A stretch of 63,567 bases of DNA, counting the filler, from Stramenopiles sp. TOSAG23-6 (Eukaryota), in the NCBI GenBank assembly GCA_900128565.1. It is 15 parts of 15 records of this genome, joined end to end, with 100 filler letters (N's around TTAATTAATTAA, not from the genome) between each part and the next. Parts side by side here need not be neighbours in the genome. Positions count along the whole stretch, not along the records: positions 59,452 to 63,567 come from LT637261.1; 14 more parts are not named here. One strand, 5' to 3'. Under the pieces are notes generated by a model. It was given only the letters and a program-made list of their open reading frames with translations. It made no database searches and was not told the origin of the DNA. Numbering within the stretch: the first letter of the stretch is position 1; each line of letters opens with the position of its first letter. Below are positions 59,452-63,567 of this stretch, piece after piece. The position numbers were made by a program, and so were the translations under genes.

Positions 59452-62400
59452 TTTTTTTTTTTTTTTTTTTTTTTTTTGAAAAATGTGTTAGGTACAATAT
59501 TTCGTATGAAAAACAAACACAAAAAAAAAAAAAAAAAATCAAAATTCATATTGAAAACGTACATAACATTCAGATCACTAGTTGTCTTTTTTTTAAGGGT
59601 TTGAACAGAAAGAACATTTGAAAAAGGTCCCCATCCTTTGGCATTGACTACTCGAACTCTTAATAAATAAGTTTGTTGAGATTTTAACCCAGTCAGGAGA
59701 TATTCTTGACGACCTACAATACGTACCGCTTGCCATGCACCAACAAATCTAAAACCAAATTGTAACTCAAAGTGCAAATTAGAATTGTCTTCAACTTCAT
59801 CCACATCATCAGCTGCAGGAGCCCATCTTACAAATATAGTATTTTCTCCGCGTTCAATAACTGTAAGACCTTTTGGTTTATGAGGGGCCCGTTTGACAGA
59901 CAGTGCCTTTGTGACTTCTTTTCGGGCAAGAAAATTTTGTAGTCGATCAATTACTGCCATGGTATTTCTGTCTTCTTTACATTGTTGTGCGTATATTCTA
60001 TGGAGATCAGCAAACTCCAAGATATCCTGTTCAGTTAATACGCGACGAACATTACAGAGTTCGCCTTCTCTTTTCTTTAACACTTCTAAAATGTGACTTC
60101 CTCTTTCCTCCGAAACACCAGGTTTCTGAGAAACAATGCTACTTATAGTTGGTGCAGGCTTCATCGCACCCGCTGGTACAGGAACAAAAGAATTTAGTTC
60201 AGCCAAAGCAGGCGGATCTTCCATTGGTTCAGTTACAATGGATGTATTAACATTGGCAGAAGATGAAATAGACAAAGAAGGAGTTTCGGCTGTTTGAGAA
60301 ACATCAGGCATTTAAAAAACAAAGGAATCACGAGGCAAAATAAGCCCCAGCTAATTCGACTACTACTCGAGTTTGATAATTATTGATTCCTTTTTTAAAA
60401 CAGATTGAAGTATAATTCAAAATAATAAATATATTAGACTCTAATGAATACACTACCACAGCAAAATTCTATTATTCTTCGTAATAGGAAGTGAAATTGT
60501 GTGATTACTCTCTTCTTTTCGCTCTCGAGTGGTCATAATAATTTTATATCATGACTTCGCTTAATAATAATAATAATAATCGACTTTTATTTTTTTGAGT
60601 CTAGGGTTAGGGTTACCGAACTATAATGAAAGTGACTTGAGTGAAATTCAGAATTCTTAGTAACAATATAAACATTATAATCATATTGAAAAACTCTAAA
60701 AATTATACAATATGTTTATAGTTATATATATGGCACTCCAATAATTTGTGTGCTGCAAGGATATTTTTCTTTCTACCTTCTACTTCTAGTCAAAGAATTA
60801 ATAATCTTAGTCTACACCATTATAATTGTAATTACTTTTTTTCACCACCACTGTCACCGCTTTGAGTAGCATTTCCTTTGCCACCTCTGCTACCTTTGCC
60901 GCGGCGGCCACCGCGAACCCTGCGGTTTTTTGTTCTTTGTACGACGGGATTTTTTGTTCTTTGTACGACGGGATTTTTTGTTCTTTGTACGACGGGATTT
61001 TTTTTTCTTTGTACGACGGCATTTTTTTTTCTTTGTACGACGGGCTTTCTTAGTGCGACGGGCTTTCTTAGTGCGACGGGCTTTCTTGTTTTAAGTACGA
61101 CGGGCTCGGTCGTAATAGTGACAGTTTCTCCCCTAATTGTGATACCCATACACCTATCAGCTGCATCTTGTTCTTTAAAAGTAACAAATGCTCTCCCCCA
61201 AAACCCATTTATTTGTTGTAAAGGATTCAAATCCTCTATTGTACCACCACAGTTCTCTTCTAAAACAGCACGAAGATATGCTTTGAAAAGTTTGCGTCCA
61301 GAATTATTGGGTCTGAAGCGGGAGGCTTCAGGTGTAGTGTGTTGTAGCTTTACGAATACTTTACGTGGATCGTCACGTGCAATTGGATGATACGGTTCTG
61401 CTGTCCGTGGAAATTTTGGAACTGTAAATTTTAGAGGTGCTTCTGCAGCAGACGCTATGGGATCAGCGTTTTTCTTATCTTCCTCTAAAAGATCCTCCGC
61501 CATTCCGAAGGCGAGTTCGAGGCTTTGTTCGAGGATTTCTTGTTCGAGGCGTTCGAGGCGTTGGCGTTCTTGTTCGAGCCGTTGGCGTTCTCGTTCGTCG
61601 CTGCTGCGTTTCCAACTCCCTTCGTCACCGGTTTCATCAATGACACTAGACGGCGGCCCCCAAATGTCCGCCTCCCCCGTTAGATGCTGGATTGACAGCG
61701 GTGAAGGAGATCTCACTGGTGAGATTGTAGGTGTCCTCAGTAGTGTATTAGTTGCCTGAACAACATTTTCATCAGCAGGAAAAGTAGCGGCATCACCACC
61801 ACCAAATGCACCAAATCCACCATCAGCAGCACCAGGGTAAAAAGCGTCTGCATCAACATTTAAATGCATAGCATTAGCATCTTGAAAGATGCCATGCATA
61901 GCATTAGCAACTTGATAGATGCCCATAAGCACCATCAAAGATATAGAAGTCTTCATATTGTTGATATATATGTAATATTTACCGAATGAACAACAACCCC
62001 GCATCCCTAAAATTATAACCGCCGAGCGCTATATATTTTTTGAGTTCAGTTCCTCGCGAAAATTTTTCTTTTTTCGTGTAAAATATTATGTCGATTAGAT
62101 TCTCTCATGACAAATTGTAGAAAATATTTAACTTTAGTTCAATAGAACGCTACTAGTAGTCACATTCATTTTTCTAGTAGTACAAAAAAACTATACTACT
62201 TATCGTCGAATTATCTTGGTAGCATGGCTCTCGTACCATTTTCTTATAATAGCCCATTTGCATCTGATAAGCTACAACTACCCGTGAGACTATTTAGATT
62301 TGGGGACCGCACTGTGAATATGCAGCAGGGTTGGCGAGCAGATGGGAAAGGAGGTTCTCAACTAGGCTTTGGCAAAAGTGTTTATGATGCTAGTTTTGTA

Positions 62401-63567
62401 CTTGCAGATTTTGTGTACAATCATTGTAAAGATTTTCTCGGGAGACGTGTCGTAGAGGTTGGTGCTGGTTTAGGTTTAGTGTCTATTGTAGCTTCAATTT
62501 GTGGGGCTTCTGAAGTGTGTTCTACTGACGGGGACTCTGAGCTTGTGGCTTCAGATGGGCTTTTATCCATTAACCTCGATAGAAATCTTACAAAAACAGA
62601 ACGCAAGCGAGTGACTACTTCCCAGTTGATATGGGGAGATAAAAAAGCCACGGCTGCACTACAACCGCCTTTTGACTTTGTTGTAGCATCTGATGTCGCG
62701 GCTTGTCCGTATGCGGACTCACTGGACCTTCTAGCCTATAATCTTAAATCTCTTAGTGGTCCAAATACTATAGTATATTTATCATACAAACCTAGAAATT
62801 CTTTAGAAAAAAAATTCTTTAAAAAGATAAATACTTTTTTTCATATGGAGTTGGTATCAAACTCTTTACTTCACAAAGATTTTGTACAGTCTGATATTGA
62901 ATTATTTCGTTTACGCCTTCGAGACAATGTTAAATAATAATTAATGTGTATATAAATACTAGTAAAATATAATTTTTTTTTTCTAAATTTTTTTTTATAC
63001 CAAACAAATTTCAAAGGCAATTCATTTGATTTTACAAAATCATACTTTAGTTTTACACAGTGTAAAGTCAATTATAAAGTCAAAAATATATCTCTACAAA
63101 TCACCAAGGTCAATTGTATCATCTTCCAGATCTTCAGCAGCATCATTGATTACAGCACTATTTTCATCAATATTCTTGATATCAACAATTTGTTTAGGGG
63201 TATCATCATTAAGTAAAGTACTATCTTTTGTACCATTTTCAATCTGGGTATTATCATCACTTTTGCTAGTGTCCATCTTAGTTTTCCACATTTGCGCCAT
63301 TTGTAGAATTTTAAGACCTGATGCAGCTTTTTTATCATCTGGAAAGACATAATCGTAGTATTCTTCCCAACCAGCGGAGCTACCATCAGGTAATTGAATT
63401 GCTCTCTTTTTCTTTACTTTCTCGGGCATCATTGCCTTTACTTCGTTTACCTTTGCTTCGTCAATATTTTCTCTGCTTTCTTCAACATTGAGCCAATGAG
63501 TTAGGATAGTACATGTATTTTGGAAAAATATTTCAAAAAAAAATCGTTAGGTACGAAATTTCGTATG
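59452..63567. repeat. Duplicate of the contig at about 51004-55129 (offset 8447): FN3, RRM, METTL21-like and CRNKL1 genes again
   Basis: Identical ORF translations at a constant offset. Confidence 0.97.

Noticed and set aside
59452-63567. Segmental duplication of a four-gene block
   Set aside because: It is an identical redundant contig bounded by a linker.

Overview
AT-rich eukaryotic (protist-like) DNA. The window is not one locus: it is 15 contigs of about 4.1 kb, sorted by decreasing length and joined by N-TTAATTAATTAA-N linkers, so gene adjacency across linkers is meaningless. The telomerase reverse transcriptase (TERT) contig is present three times and one other contig twice. Genes include TERT, a PI3K-like protein, a BEACH fragment, a CTD-type phosphatase, RMDN1, FolD, an LRR protein, a GT34 glycosyltransferase, a mitochondrial carrier, MTG1, MCCC2, a kinase, a TRANK1-like helicase, an SH2/P-loop protein, a METTL21-like methyltransferase, CRNKL1, an aldo-keto reductase and a leishmanolysin-like protease. 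The main discovery is a high-copy family of about 90-125 nt introner-like elements (roughly 60 distinct full or partial copies by eye). They interrupt coding sequences, lie on the sense strand in every junction I resolved, and have the form GTAYGTTTT...poly(T)...TTTCGTACGAAATTTTGTACCTAAC...AAATATTTTTYCAMAATAC-NN. Conserved motifs in TERT and MCCC2 are restored only if these elements are removed at a non-AG acceptor (AT, TT, AC, TA or GT). The last two bases usually repeat the two bases preceding the donor, like a 2-bp target-site duplication. This points to a genome-wide non-canonical intron system coexisting with a few ordinary GT-AG introns. No transcript data are available, so splicing itself is inferred.
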